This document shows, one piece after another, positions 13,690 through 26,789 of a stretch of 64,000 nt of DNA. Under the pieces are notes generated by a model. The model made no database searches. It was not told the DNA's origin and saw only the letters and a list, made by a program, of their open reading frames with translations. The stretch covers positions 100,287,385 to 100,351,384 of the forward strand of contig NC_068983.1 of NCBI RefSeq assembly GCF_001194135.2. Reading direction: 5' to 3'. The stretch's first letter is position 1; each line of letters opens with the position of its first letter. The stretch is from Octopus bimaculoides. Lineage: Eukaryota. The position numbers and the translations under genes were made by a program.

Positions 13690-14995
13690 CCTGACTGGAA
13701 GAGGGGGATAATTACCCTACTATGGAGCAATTATGGGGCTCTTACACTTGTCTCTGTGTCCATTAAGGTCTTTCCTAGGGTCATCTTGAATAGAGTGTGA
13801 AATCATCTGCTTGCTTCTCAGCAGCTGGGGCAGTTAGGATTCATGCCAAAGAAGTCTACTACTGACAAGATTCTGGCTCTTTGTGTACTCATTGAATGCA
13901 GGTGGAGCTTTTGGCAGGAGCTGCTTGTAGCCTATGTCATCCTCTGCAACGTGTTTGAATTAGTGGACAAGATGTGCTTTGGAGGATTCTGGAACTGCAA
14001 GGCACACCTCCTTAACTAATTGAGCTGATTATGGCCTTGTACACCAGAACAGTCAGTGTTGATTGAGATTGGGGGCTCAGCATCTGACGTTTTACGAGTT
14101 AAATCTGGGGACCATCAAGACTGTGCCTTGGCTCCCACTCTGTTTAATGCCTGCTAGCTTGATCGAGTTTTGGTATACTCATTGGTGAAACTAGGATTAC
14201 AGACCTAGATTTTGCTAATGGTGCAGTTATTCTTGCTGAGTCTCTGGATGTCTTAAGGAATGCTCTTTTTTCACTAAGTAAGGAAGTGGAGCTATTATGT
14301 CTTTGAGTCTCTTGGGTCAAGGCAAAGATCCATTCCTTCTCTGCTTTCTTGGAGGATTCCATCTTGTCTGTCTTTGTTGTGGGTGAGAATGTCAGAGTTG
14401 TTGACTGCTTAACTTATCTTAACAGTGAGATTCATAGTGACATTAGCTGTGAGTCTGAAATCCTAAAAAAAGATTAGATGAGTTGGTGCAGTTGTAGACT
14501 CATTGGACAAGTGTGTTTGGCAATGCTGATATCTGAGCAGGAGGACAAGGGTTTGAATCTTTACATCTTTAGTCCTCCCTATCCTACTCTGTTGTTGTGA
14601 GACTTGGATACTGCCCCTGACTTTTAGGAGTCACCTGAACTCCTTTGGTACCAGGATGCTTTGCAAGATTGTGGGTTACCACTGGTCAGATTTTTATCCA
14701 ACCAATGACTCTACTTAGAAACTGGCATATGTCCTGTTACTTGTATGACTTGGGAACACCAGCCCAAACTGTTTGGCTTGATTTTCCAAGTTAGACCCTG
14801 CTTATCATGTTCTTTTCACTGAAGATCTAGCTGGATTGATGGGGCATGTTGGTTGACCACATGGTCACAGCAGATGAGGAAGTATCTCACAGAGATGGAG
14901 GATTGACTAGGATTTTACTTGATAGGTTGCCTGAGGAGACCTAAGAATATACTGACAAACGCAGTCCATTCCCCCGTACTTTACCTGACCTGATG
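13690..14995 (+). mobile_element. Decayed RTE-clade LINE reverse transcriptase
   Basis: Fragments PDWKRGII, GFMPKKSTTDKILAL, VKSGDHQDCALAPTLFNAC, ITDLDFANGAVILAESLDVL; numerous stops. Confidence 0.8.
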
Positions 14996-16562
14996 ATGCA
15001 TGGTATGATACTGTACGGCAAATTTATATCATTTATTTTATTAAGAAACACAAAAAAATGTAATTATGACAACTACAACAATGCTAGTGGTGTTGATAAT
15101 AGCTAGTAGTTCATGATCTGCTACAAACTTTTAGTTTGCTATTAGTATTTTACATCCATGATTTTCCCATACATAGGTGGGATAGTTTTGGTAGATTTTC
15201 ACATGTACTAATTATTGGATTGAGTATTTTTATAGCTGGATGATTTTTCTGACAGCTATTCACAAAGTGAGAAGGTATCAGCTAAGCAGTAGGCAGTGTT
15301 ATGTACCTCACCTAAGACTATGAAACATTTCAATTGATATTTCTTAATTTAACTTATTTCGATTATTTCTTAATGACATAAGTGAAATGAATTTGCCATA
15401 CAGTTTCCCATCATGCACCATGACCCTTTGTCATTCTTTTTTATGATGCACATCATTCTCAGGTCACTTTTTTCTATAAGCTAGCTTTATCATGGATAAC
15501 TCCTGCCAACAGCTCATAGAAATGCTTGACCTAGTTTGTATCATTAAAAATAATTGTAGCTACATTGAAAATTCTGATGATATTAACAAGTGTTTATACA
15601 TATCTCTAAGCATATCTTTATATATTTTTATCTATTATATTTGTAGATATTTTAATAGTATGTCTTGTGTGTACAGTTAAATGTACAACTGCTTCTGTTG
15701 AGTTTAGAACTCCACCTAGAGTATTATCAGTTAATCTGCTTCCAGCATAGTGGTGTGGTTACTACTATTCTTAATAGTATTACTGGTTATGATACATAGA
15801 ACAAATGTAGAAGAAATTATGATAAGCACATGTGTATATTATTTATTCCCTACATTTTATTCACTGCAATAATTGTTTGGAACTTCTGTATTGGATGTTA
15901 CAATTGGATGCTTAACCACAATGGATTGTATGTAGGAACACTTCATATAAGCTTGTATTTATATTAATTTCTTTGATATTTTAATAAAGATAATGATTTA
16001 TTTAACTAGTTTAGTCAAGTTCAATTTTTATAAGACTCCAATTTTAATACCAGTGCACACTTATCTTCTATATTGACTACTGAATAGATGTAATTCATAT
16101 CTGATTTAGTTTTACTGTTACTCTGTATTTAATTTTTTAAAAATGTTTTAATAAAATTATTTTAATATTCTTTTCTTTGCTTGCTAAAAAGCAAATATTT
16201 GGGTACATTTCCTTATTGTAGAGTCATAAAATTTACACCAATTCTTTCTTTAGCAATTTTGTCACTTGTGTTAAGCATGAGAAATACTGCTATCCAAATT
16301 GATAGGTATTGGCCTACCACCTAAAGAGCTGGTAGTTCATATCTCAGCATCTGTAAATATGCTCACCATCTAGAAATAAATACTATGTTAATAAACTATT
16401 ACTTGTAGAAGTTGAAGCGCTGAGTAATTGGTGTTTGTTTCATTATCTTGCAGTGCTTTAGTAACTTACAGTGCATGAGTAAAGTCTGGTTATGTTAGGT
16501 TTAAATACATTATGTGAAGTGTCAGTACCTCTGTAACCCAAACAAATTATAGAAATCACTTT

Positions 16563-16669
16563 ATTTAAGTATGTAGAATAGGCACAATTCATTTAAGTAT
16601 GTAGAATAGGCACAATTCATTTAAGTATGTAGAATAGGCACAATTCATTTAAGTATGTAGAATAGGCAC
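16563..16669. repeat. Perfect 28-bp minisatellite, 3.8 copies
   Basis: ATTTAAGTATGTAGAATAGGCACAATTC repeated with no spacers. Confidence 0.95.
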
Positions 16670-17175
16670 TAGAGCTTCTGAGAAAATTTGTATGATAGAT
16701 TAAATATTTATCTAGGAGAATATTTGTTTGTCACTGGAAAAAATTAAGTTAAACACCGATCTTTGGATTTAAGTCACATGAAAGATTTATTTATATATAG
16801 CCTTAGGTGACAGAAAATGTACATATGTACATTTCTACAATTACAAATTTGTAGTGGGAGATATAAATTTTAGATAAGAACATGTATTATTGCATATACT
16901 GTTATATATTGTATATTACTATCTATAATGATGTGCTACAATTATGCTTTGTGTATTTTTTATGGCAGTGATGCTGCAGCAGTTTACTCCTAACTTATAG
17001 TTTCCATTTGCAATACCCATTTTATCACTCACTCTGTTGTTTGAAAATTTCGCATGATTTTCCATTTTGTTTGCTTCAAAGTTCTATGTTTTCTTACCTA
17101 TAAAGCAAATCCTTTTTTATAATTTCTAAAATTTGTTTATTCAAAACATTTAAGTTTTGTGATCTTTCTTTTTAG

Positions 17176-17310
17176 GCCAAAGCCAGTTCTGCTTTAGGCC
17201 AACAAGATACATCTGTAAGTTGTCTGAAACGATGTTGGGATGCTCTGAAGTCAGAAAAAGGCCCAAGTAGTTTTCTTACTGTTGTTACATCATCATTTCC
17301 ATCAGCTAAG
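17176..17310 (+). CDS. VEPH1: VEPH1 coding exon (135 nt, phase 0 to 0); not in the ORF track
   Basis: Acceptor ctttctttttag ends 17175; AKASSALGQQDTSVSCLKRCWDALKSEKGPSSFLTVVTSSFPSAK; donor GTTAGT at 17311. Confidence 0.92.
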
Positions 17311-17356
17311 GTTAGTAATTAATTCTATTTTATCAATTCATATTTTTTTACTTATA

Positions 17357-18248
17357 TGAGGTCTGATCAATAAATATCCGGACTGTTGCCATGTTAATGA
17401 AGCTAAAGCACACAGTGAAGCAGCTTGGCACACATTGACCTTGAACTCTGTTGTGCAGGTTCACTAAGCTTTAATGTTCTAGTTCACTTCTGCTGTTTAC
17501 AGCAGTGCTTGGAAAGAAGGTGTGTAGCGTGTGATCATCACATTGACCATCACAGAGAAAGTTGTCATGGTGACACCTGCTCAAAGGCCTAAGCAAAGTT
17601 GCAGAAAGTGTATGGAGAGGAGTGTATGAGTCGCACACAAGTGTACGAATGGTTCAGACGTTTCCAAGATGGCTGGCAAAATGTTGACATTGATGAATGT
17701 TCTGGGAGACCTGCAACCAGCAGAACTGAGAAAAACATCGCAGATGTGCATGCAGCTGTGAGGGGAAATCATCGAATCACCATTTGTGTGTTATCAGAGG
17801 ATGTGAAGATTAGTTACAGTTCAGTTCAGTCCATTATCACTGAAGATTTGGGTATGAGACGCCTATCTGCCATGTTTGTGCCAAAACTGCTTTCAGCTGA
17901 CCAAAAGACACTCATGTTTCAGTTGCACAAAATCTCCTTGATTGTGTTGAGAATGATGAAAACTGTTTGAAAACTTTGCGTAGGCTTCTGAGCAGCTATC
18001 GCCAAGCTTTTGGCAAAATTTGATACAGATTCTCTGCTCAACTTTCTCTGTCATGGTCAATGCGATGATCACACGCTACACACCTTCCTTCCAAGCACTT
18101 TTGTAAACAGAGGAAGTGAGCTAGAACATTAAAACTTAGTGCACATGCACAGCAGAGTTCAAGGTCAATCTGTATCAAGTGGCTTCCTTCTCCATGCTTT
18201 AGCTTCATTACCATAGCAAGAGTCCGGATACTTATTGATCAGACCATG
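17357..18248 (+). mobile_element. Non-autonomous mariner derivative with long inverted ends, in a VEPH1 intron
   Basis: TA-flanked TIRs (TGAGGTCTGATCAATAAATATCCGGACT / AGTCCGGATACTTATTGATCAGACCATG). Transposase HTH fragment QKVYGEECMSRTQVYEWFRRF...SGRP...FVPKLL at 17599-17970; no DDD domain. Confidence 0.9.
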
Positions 18249-19341
18249 TATATTAGTATTTATGATCAAATGCTTAAAAAAACCCAAAACACATTGTTAA
18301 CGTGTTAAAATACTCTACCATTGACTAAATTGATTTCAAATTGACTTTAACCATTGAACATAATTTCATTTGCCTCAGTCTACCTCAGTGACTACAGATT
18401 CTACTCTTACTCTATGGTTAATTGGTTATCAGAAGAGCATTTAACTGGGGGAAGCAATATCTGTTGCATTAACATAAAAATGCTCAAATTCTGAAAAGGA
18501 AACAATTTTTTCCTTATTAGAATGGCTAAATGGTAAAAAGAAGGCATCATATATTATACATGGCCCAATAGATAAGTTATTTCACTTTAAACATTCAGCA
18601 GTTGTTGACAGTATAAAATTCATTTTATTTAGTTAGCATTGTTGGATTAAAATTCTATAGCTCTGAAACAAAATTTTGATGGTTTATGATTTCCTTTTTC
18701 ATTTTTTTCTTTTCAATTTTTCTTTCGAAACAAATATTTTAAGACTCAAGTGTAGAATTTCCAGTTATTACATAAGTATGATATACACAACTCCTCTATT
18801 TAACTTTCGTTTCACTGAATGTTTGACTTGTCCATGAGAGATTCCAGATTAGTTTTTCCACTAATGCGAATAAAAGGAAGTTCAGTCAATGATAATGATT
18901 GGTAGTAGGAGCAGTTTATACACCATGCACACAAATATGTTACTAGAAGTATGAATATTTATGTATATGTGTATATTACTAGAAATATGCATATTCATTT
19001 ATATGTGGACTCATGTTACTAGAAATAGGTTACCTGGCTGTAACTAAAGATTTATTCATTTGAAATTAAGTTAAATGAGAGATAAGAAGATAAACTGAAA
19101 CCACTCAACTGAGACAGTAATTCTGCTCTGTGAATCTAATGTGACTTACTGTGAAATCTCTCTCATAAAGTCCAAATTCTATAATGACCCTTCTTCTGTA
19201 GTTTCTACTATTACCATCACTCTACATAGTCTTTATGTATGTGCATGCATTTATCTGGTCTAACTTCTTCCTTCCATGTAAGACTGGGATTCAACACTGA
19301 CCTTCATCACGTTTTATGCCTACTTCCAGGTGTAGCTACTA

Positions 19342-20570
19342 CCAGGTTGGATCATGATTTTTTTGTATTTCAAGCTTTGATTAATAGTTCAAACAAGTTA
19401 CATACTAAAAGTGTTTATTCATCAAATTGTATATTTGGTTTGTTGTCATTGTTGTGCCAGATGCTCTATTCCATGCTTATCCCATTTGGCTGGTTTAGAG
19501 GCAAAATACACTCTATGCCCATTTTCAGTCTCATCTACATTGTTGAAGTTCTGTCCCTGCAGGAAATGAACCATGGGTCAGAAAATGTGGTAATTTGATG
19601 GTGTAAGGTCTGGATTATAGGCAGGGAAAGGCAGCACTTTCACCCCTTCAAGCTACTCAAGTTAGCACTTGGTCACATTGGCAGTATGTGCTAGGGCATT
19701 GTCATGTTGTAGAAGTGTGTGTTTTTGATTGACCAATGTTGAGTAGTTGGCTTTTAAAGCATCATATAGTCACTGCCATTGTTGAGCATAAAGGTTAACA
19801 TTCACAGCATGACCATCTAGGACAAGCTCTAAGTGCAACCATCCCCCATGAAATTCCACCAGACACACAACATGACCTTCTGCTTAAATTGCCCTTGTTT
19901 GACAACATTTTCTGAAGTCTAGCTGGAACAAAGCCACTGATTTACCAAGATTGCAAAAATAGATCCATTTTTCATCCTCAGTTACAATTTGATACTAAAA
20001 ATAGGCATCTTAGGGAATTGCCAGCAGTTTGCAAATGTTCATACATTGTTGAGCCTGGTCATTGGTTAGTTCATGAGAAGTTTCTTGACAGCTTTTGTTC
20101 ACAAGGTTGAGCTTATAGAAGTGTTTATTGATGGTGCTTTGTGAAGGACCAAGTTCTGCTGACAATGTACAATTGCTTGTATTTGGCTGTTGTCCAGCCA
20201 TTTCAAGCATGGCCTCATTTTCCACAATAGAATGTCTTCCTGATCTTAGTTTGTCTTTATAGCAGGTGTCACCTTCCTTGAAATGTCAACCACTTTTGTG
20301 CTACATGTTCGTTGACAGCTCCTGGGTCTTCCACATCATTAATTTCTTCTGTTGCTGCCCTTGCACTCAGTTCTTTTTCCCACAGGTAGTGTAAAATGGC
20401 TCTAATTGCAATTTTTTTTATCACTCATTATCAAAGCTGTAAAATAAACAATAAACAATTGATATTTGTAAGCTATATTTGAAAATAATGAATAAACAAT
20501 TCAACAACAGTTGGACAACAAATTGTGTCAAATTAATGATATAACGTGGAAATACAAGTTACCGAAAAAT
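19342..20570 (-). mobile_element. Decayed mariner (DD34D-type) transposase pseudogene
   Basis: Minus strand reads fragments like LLQHDNA..H, PAYNPDLTPSNYH, HFLQGQNF and SHELTNDQAQQCMNIC; many stops and frameshifts; ends approximate. Confidence 0.75.
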
Positions 20571-20689
20571 CATCAGTGAGAATTTGTAAAAGAATTTTTG
20601 ACTCAGCCAGGTGTGATGTCAAAGTACATTTGATAAACAACTGTACTTTCTTATTACTTTCTTCAAGGAGCATGAAAATTTGAGAGTTT

Positions 20690-21855
20690 TTGCACTGGAG
20701 AAATTAAGTGTTGAAACAATTACGTGTCTAAGTACAGATTTGATGAAAATAAATGAATGAACTATTGTACATGTATTGTGAACTATTAGTTTATGGTAAA
20801 TAGTTGTTTGCAATAATGGTTGATGTGGTGACGGAGAGTGCAAGAAAGGGATTGATAATGGAGATACTGTATGCAAATGACCTTGTTCTGATGAGTGAGA
20901 TGAAGGAGGGATTGAGAGAGAAATTTTGGAAATGGAAGGAGATGCTTTGAAAGCAAAGAAGACAAAGGTGATGGTGAGCAGGTGGAAGGAGAAATGTTTG
21001 TGAGTAAGGTGGATCCATGTGGTGTATGTGGGAGGAGGGTAATGGCAAATATGGTGTTGTGTAGAGGTGTGAGAAATAGATTCATGGTAGATGTATGAAA
21101 ATGAAGAAGGTGACCCCAAGACTGGCAAGAGAGTTTGTGGAAGATGTGAGAAAAGAGCTGGAGAGCTGGCAGAACCAGTGGAAACGCTATGTGACAAGGT
21201 GGAAACGGTGAAAGGGTTTTGTTATTTGGGAGATAGGGTGCATGTAAGTGGTGGATGTGAAGCAGCTGTGACAGCAAGAGCGAGACTTGTCTGGGTGAAG
21301 TTCAAGGAATATGGAATCTTGTTATGTGGGAAAAGGTTCTCATTGAAGATGAAAGTAAAGGGCTATAGGAGTTGCTCAAGCTGCAATGCTGTATGGGAGT
21401 GAGATATGGTGTCTGAGGGAAAAAGAGAGATGGTAGTTTTGAGAAGGACCGAGAGAGCAATGGTGAGAGAAATGTGTGGAGTGAAGCTGTTTGATAAGAG
21501 GAGGACTGAGGACTTGATGGGGATGCTGGGGTTGAAGGAATCGGTGGAATGGCTTGCAAGGGCAAATGGAGTGCAGTGGTATGGCTTGTGTTGAGGAGGG
21601 ATGAGGAGCATATTCTTAAGAGGGTGCTAAAGTTTGAGGTAAATGGACTGAGAAAGCGAGCTAGACTGAGGAAAACATGGAGGGGACAGGTGGGGGAGGA
21701 GATTGCGAGGGTTGGCTTGAGATGGGAGGACACCCAAATCAGGGCAAGATGGCAAGATGGTGTGAGGGCGGTTGCTATGGCATTGAGGTAGATCTGGCCA
21801 TTCCCATTAACGGGGACAAAACTTGGATTTAAAACACTGGATGATGATGATGAAG
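20690..21855 (+). mobile_element. 5'-truncated RTE LINE (RT C-terminal part) with (GAT)n tail
   Basis: LYANDLVLMSE (YADD-like), KTKVMVS, PCGVCG, FCYLGDRVHVSGGCEAAVTARAR, KRVLKFEVNG.RKRAR.RKTW; tail atgatgatgatg at about 21841. Confidence 0.85.
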
Positions 21856-22087
21856 TGGATTAGAGTGTGCCAAAGAAGACATAGAATAACTAACTTTATA
21901 GTTATGTTTATTAAGGTGCAGATGACAATCAGAAGGGATGATTGGCAAATGACTCGAATCAAGCTGAAACAGAAAATGAATGTAATACTACCACTTAGAA
22001 TGATGGAACTTGGATTAGATGTCATGAAATAGTTATGGCAGATTTAATTTCAATGTCTTAAATTCAGTTGTTTTCTTGTCTTTGTAG

Positions 22088-22237
22088 GATCAAGATGCTC
22101 TTCTTCATGAACTTCACAGTGTCCGTTATTTCGATGTTTTTGAATTCAATGCTGCTGAGCACCATTGGGCATGTTTTATGTGCAACCACCCTGAAAAAAT
22201 GGTCACTTTACTTCAGGATGGTAGTCCATTTATTTCT
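22088..22237 (+). CDS. VEPH1: VEPH1 coding exon just before the PH domain (150 nt)
   Basis: Acceptor ctttgtag ends 22087; DQDALLHELHSVRYFDVFEFNAAEHHWACFMCNHPEKMVTLLQDGSPFIS, matching the recalled VEPH1 FDxFEF...WxCFMCNxPEK...QDGxPxI motif; donor GTAAGT at 22238. Confidence 0.96.
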
Positions 22238-22589
22238 GTAAGTAAAGATATATTTCAGTTCATATTACTGTTACAAGCCTGTGACTCTACCATTCTTCTC
22301 TGGAGATTTGTCTGTTGTTATGCAATGATTTTGTCTATTATTTGGCTGTATATCAGAAACTTTCATGAATGGGTAAACCAGATCTATTGACCTACAGGTG
22401 TGTCTAGTTGGACCTTTTTCTTTCTCTGCTCATATTAAATGAATAAATTGAACTAAGCACTGCAATCTCACCAGTATGGAGGGCTTGGAAAATCTCATGG
22501 GCATTGACTAACTCCACCTTTTCCTATGAGTAACTAATAAGAAAAAAGAAAAACTTTAGAAATACTCGCTACTTTATATATTATTTCCA

Positions 22590-23445
22590 TTTGTTACATG
22601 GGTTGTAACAGCTGAGGACATGCGTAGGCTTGAAAGAAATGAAGTCAGTATACTTTGCTGGATGTGCAATGTCAGTGTGCATGTTCAACAGAGTATAAGC
22701 ATCTTGAGAGAAAAGTTAGGTATAAGAAGCATCAGATGTGGTGTGCAAGAGAGACAGCTGTGCTAGTATGGTCATGTGATGTGTATGGAGGAGGACAGCT
22801 GTGTAAAGAAGTGCCAATCTCTAACTGTGGAGGGAATCTGTGGTAGAGATAGACCCAGGAAGACATGGAACGAAGTGGTGAAGCATGATCTTCAAACTTT
22901 GAGCCTAACAGAGGCAATGACTAGTGACTGAGACCTTTTGTGATGTGCTGTGCTTGAGAGGACCCGTCAAGCCAAGTGCATCTGTGCTGGTGGCATGTAA
23001 GGAACACTTTTCAAGTGTTGGGCCTCACGGAGGCAAAGTCGCTGAGTTCCTTTTGAGTGTTGGGCCTCACAAAGGTAAAGTGGCTGAGTTCCTTTCGAGT
23101 GTTGGGCCTCACGGAGGCAATGACTGAGACAATTGGCATTATGTTGTGCTTGAGAAGACCCATAAAGCCAAGCAAAATCACACTTGTGGCAGATTCCAGT
23201 GTCATGCAAATTGGCATCCATGCCAGTGGCACATAAAAGCTCCCGTGTGTCATGCAAATGGCATCCGTACTGGCAGCACATAAAAGCACCCATCACACTC
23301 TCAGAGTGGTTGGCGTTAGGAAGGATATCCAACTGTAGAAAACCATGCCAAATCAGACTGGAGTCTGGTTCAGCCTTCCAGTGTGTCAGTCTGGTCAAAC
23401 TGTCCAACCCATGCCAGTATGGACAGTGGATGTTAAATGATGATA
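22590..23445 (+). mobile_element. RTE LINE 3' end (ORF end + 3' UTR)
   Basis: TAEDMRRLERNE...GIRSIRCGVQER...GRDRPRKTWNEVVKHDL; 42-bp tandem at 23013-23130; tail CCATGCCAGTATGG...gatgat. Confidence 0.85.
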
Positions 23446-24423
23446 ATGACATTGATGCACCATTCAACTCTTGTGTCTTTTTCTTTTTGTTATTTACAAA
23501 GGCTGTTTTACAGTAAAGTACAGTAATGTCCAGAGACAAACTGCTAATTGCTTGAGTTGGTGCTAACCTTCTTAATGTAATAAACCAAAAAGTTTTTATT
23601 TATTAAAACATCACACTTGTAGTGAGGAGATAAAATTAATTTAATGATAGATTATGATGAAGAAAGATAGAATAAATAATTCTGAAATTTAATTAGCTAA
23701 AATAGAAAAATGTTGGCATCCAATGGGGAGTGAGTATGATCTTTGCTGAGTACAGTGACATGTTTCACTCTTATGAGACCTCCTCAATGAAGTGTAGTCA
23801 TAACCTGTTTTTGTTAGACTTATGATAACCTATGAAATGTAAAGAGATGGAATGATTAAATACTGATAGCTGTGACAACTTAAATATGTTAGCACAGTTA
23901 GAAGCTATCTGTCCTTAGGCAATTTCCATTAGTCATTATTTTAAGTTATGTCTTTTGGTGTTTATTTACTCACTCTTTTGTATCTCTTTGTAGTCATAGG
24001 TCTGGCAAGTATAAGTTAAGAGTAGGTTTCACTGAGGAGGTCTAATTAGACCAAAACACAACTGGAATTAATACCATACTTGCCAAAGATCAGACTTTAC
24101 CGCCAAGAAATTTCAGTTGAAATTTTAGAGTTGTTTCCCTTTGTTTTCTCAACCAGAATTACTCATTAAGCTAATGAGTTTTGTTTTTCTGATCACTAGT
24201 GGTGTAATATTAATTATATTGTTTTGTATAACTACAGTGTGTTAGCATCAACATAAATGCTTGTTCTTCCTGTTGGATGGGTACTATTTAAGGCGGTATT
24301 AAATAGTACCCATCTTCCTGTTACCTTGTAGTTAGCCATTCCCAGTATATAGTTTTATATAGTTTTATAGAAGTTTTCTATTGATTTATTACTAAGATTT
24401 GTAAAATCTCTGCTTTCTTGAAG

Positions 24424-24528
24424 GGACAACTAAAAGAGAAAAAGGGTCGGTGGAAATTTCTGAAACGATGGAAAACGCGGTATTTCAGCTTGTCAGGATC
24501 AAACATTACCTACAGCAAAGGTGATTCA
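24424..24528 (+). CDS. VEPH1: VEPH1 PH domain, N-terminal half (105 nt)
   Basis: Acceptor ctttcttgaag ends 24423; [35 protein letters not shown] (basic PH beta1-beta2 signature); donor GTAAGT at 24529. Confidence 0.96.
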
Positions 24529-25487
24529 GTAAGTATTCTTCCTTCCCCTTTGATTTAAACTTTTCTGTTTGCCTTTTGATGTTTCTAAGCTACAAGTCAT
24601 GGGAACAACAGTAAAGATGGTTTTAGTTCATACAAACAATGGTTTGTGCACATGGCAAAAACTTTATATTTTACAACAGAATACCACTCTCACCCCTGAG
24701 ATGATGCTATCACTACACATACATACGTTGTAGAGGCTATTGTACTGATTGGCATCATGCTGTCTTCTCACTACACTAATGGTCTCTGCTCCTCAAAGCT
24801 GGCTTGTTTTGTACTACCTCTATTCATGCATTCTTGTCTCATCCGTTTCTCCTCTCATTGTTACCCATATTATGTCCTGCTCACTCTTGGCTCTACATTA
24901 ACTACTTTATCCAATACTTCCTCTCTGGAATGCCATCCCTCAGTAATTCTTTCCCTGCTCATATTTTTCTTACTGCCATCAACTTGCAGCTGCTCAAGTA
25001 AAACACTGATATAATATAATATAATATCATATAAAAACTATAAGAACATCCTCTTCTCCAAACCAAAACAATCCCTTCCCCCAATCAAAGTCTTTATTCT
25101 AGAGTTGTGGGATGTGACAGGTTCAGTGAATGTGCAAAGAGAGTGGTCCTATTTTCATAGGAGTAAACTGAAGTAACTAAAGTGTGTGACAAGATTTGAA
25201 TTCTTGAACCCTAGGTTAGAAGTTCAATGTCTTAATTTCTCAAATATAGTGCTGCTGTACTGAGTGGAACAAAATGTATCAATTTGTTACTCAGCATGCC
25301 AAGTATTAACATCTATTTTGTGTGTTGAAATAATTTAATCAGAAAACATTTGCAGACTCACTGAAACAGCTCTTTTGTCTGAAGCTCAGGGATTATATGT
25401 ATTATACAGCTCTTAGGTTGTTAATTTGTTACAATGTAAAACTTGGTATATGTTAAACCTTATTTCTTATTTCTGTGTCTATTTCAG

Positions 25488-25718
25488 CATAAAGAAACAT
25501 TGCCAGTCAGTAAAATACAAAGTGTGAAAGCTTTACGAAAAGGTATTAGAGACATTCCAAAAGCTTTTGAAATATTTACTGCTGACCAGAGGTATGTGTT
25601 GAAAGCAAAGGATGAACAGAATGTGGAACAGTGGGTGCAGTGTTTGCAGATTGCTGTTGCACGTTCACAGCAAAAAGAACCAGTTTTAGCTCCTCTCACA
25701 AGTATTGAAAATCAATAG
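25488..25718 (+). CDS. VEPH1: VEPH1 last coding exon, PH domain C-terminal half and stop
   Basis: Acceptor atttcag ends 25487; HKETLPVSKIQSVKA...IPKAFEIFT...YVLKAKDEQNVEQWVQCLQIAVA...ENQ*; TAG at 25716-25718. Confidence 0.96.
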   Translation, partial: HKETLPVSKIQSVKALRKGIRDIPKAFEIFTADQRYVLKAKDEQNVEQWVQCLQIAVARSQQKEPVLAPLTSIENQ

Positions 25719-26789
25719 CCATTCTCAGACGATTTCTCATGTTTGTCCCTTTCAAATTAAGCTGCTATGTTATACTGCTACACTAACATGGAAATATCAT
25801 CTCAAATTTTGCATATTTGCCTGAATTTTTGGGACATAATTTTACGACATGCTTTCCATCACGTCACTCTGTTCTAGAGAAATAGTCAATTGGAGTAATC
25901 TATCTTGGCTTAAGGTGTCAGGTATTGCTTGTGATTAAGATGTAAAACTATTTAAAACATTTATCATACAGACACCACATCTTTATTATATATAATTTAC
26001 ATTACCGTATCACATTATTTTTCTAACTCTGTTCTTAGTCAATATAGTAAATTGGTGCTAAATAATTAAAAAAAGGTTTTGCAGTTATCAACGATTTGAA
26101 GTAAAATTTTGTGGTAAAGGAAATTAGTCTTGTAAAATTTAATAATTTCAATTTTAGTTGAGGAAATTGAAATGATAAAAAAGAAAAAAAGAAGTAAAAG
26201 TCCTGTTTGTATTGATTAAAAACCCCAAATAATTGTTGTTAGACCTCATAAACAAACTTATAATCAAAGGTATTCCAGTCAGGAATATTATGTTTTCTTT
26301 TTCTGAACAAAGAGTGTACCATAGATTACATTATCTAATGTGTCCTTCATTATTTTTTTTAACTGGTGAAAACAATTAGAGGGAGATTTGGTTACTGGTT
26401 CTGACAGGTCAAGTGACTACATAGAGGTTCCTGTTAGTCTGTTGTTGATGAGTACTTTTTTTAATCAAAATTAATAATACTTTGTTCTTAACTTTTACAT
26501 AGTTCTGTAAAATTCTCATCTTATTTACAAATAAGTATAATAACATTTGATAAAACAGGGACATCAAGGAAATTGGTGGTGGTCAATGTTGGCAAAAATC
26601 ATATAGTGAAGTTTGTGAGTTTGGATAAATTTGTATGTAAGAGAAGAAGAATCAATTCAATAATATTATTAGTTCTCTGGTGCGTCACTGTAAATAGGTA
26701 TTAAAGTATGCTCTAGTGTTTGGAAAATATTTTGAATAGTAACTCCAAATATGTTAAAATAGAGAAACACCTTGTTTCCATAAAATATG

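Noticed and set aside
16563-16669. CRISPR-like 28-bp repeats
   Set aside because: Units are contiguous with no spacers, and the context is eukaryotic with no cas genes.
20619-21733. Long minus-strand ORFs (192, 163 and 143 aa)
   Set aside because: Antisense shadows of the purine-rich RTE coding strand.
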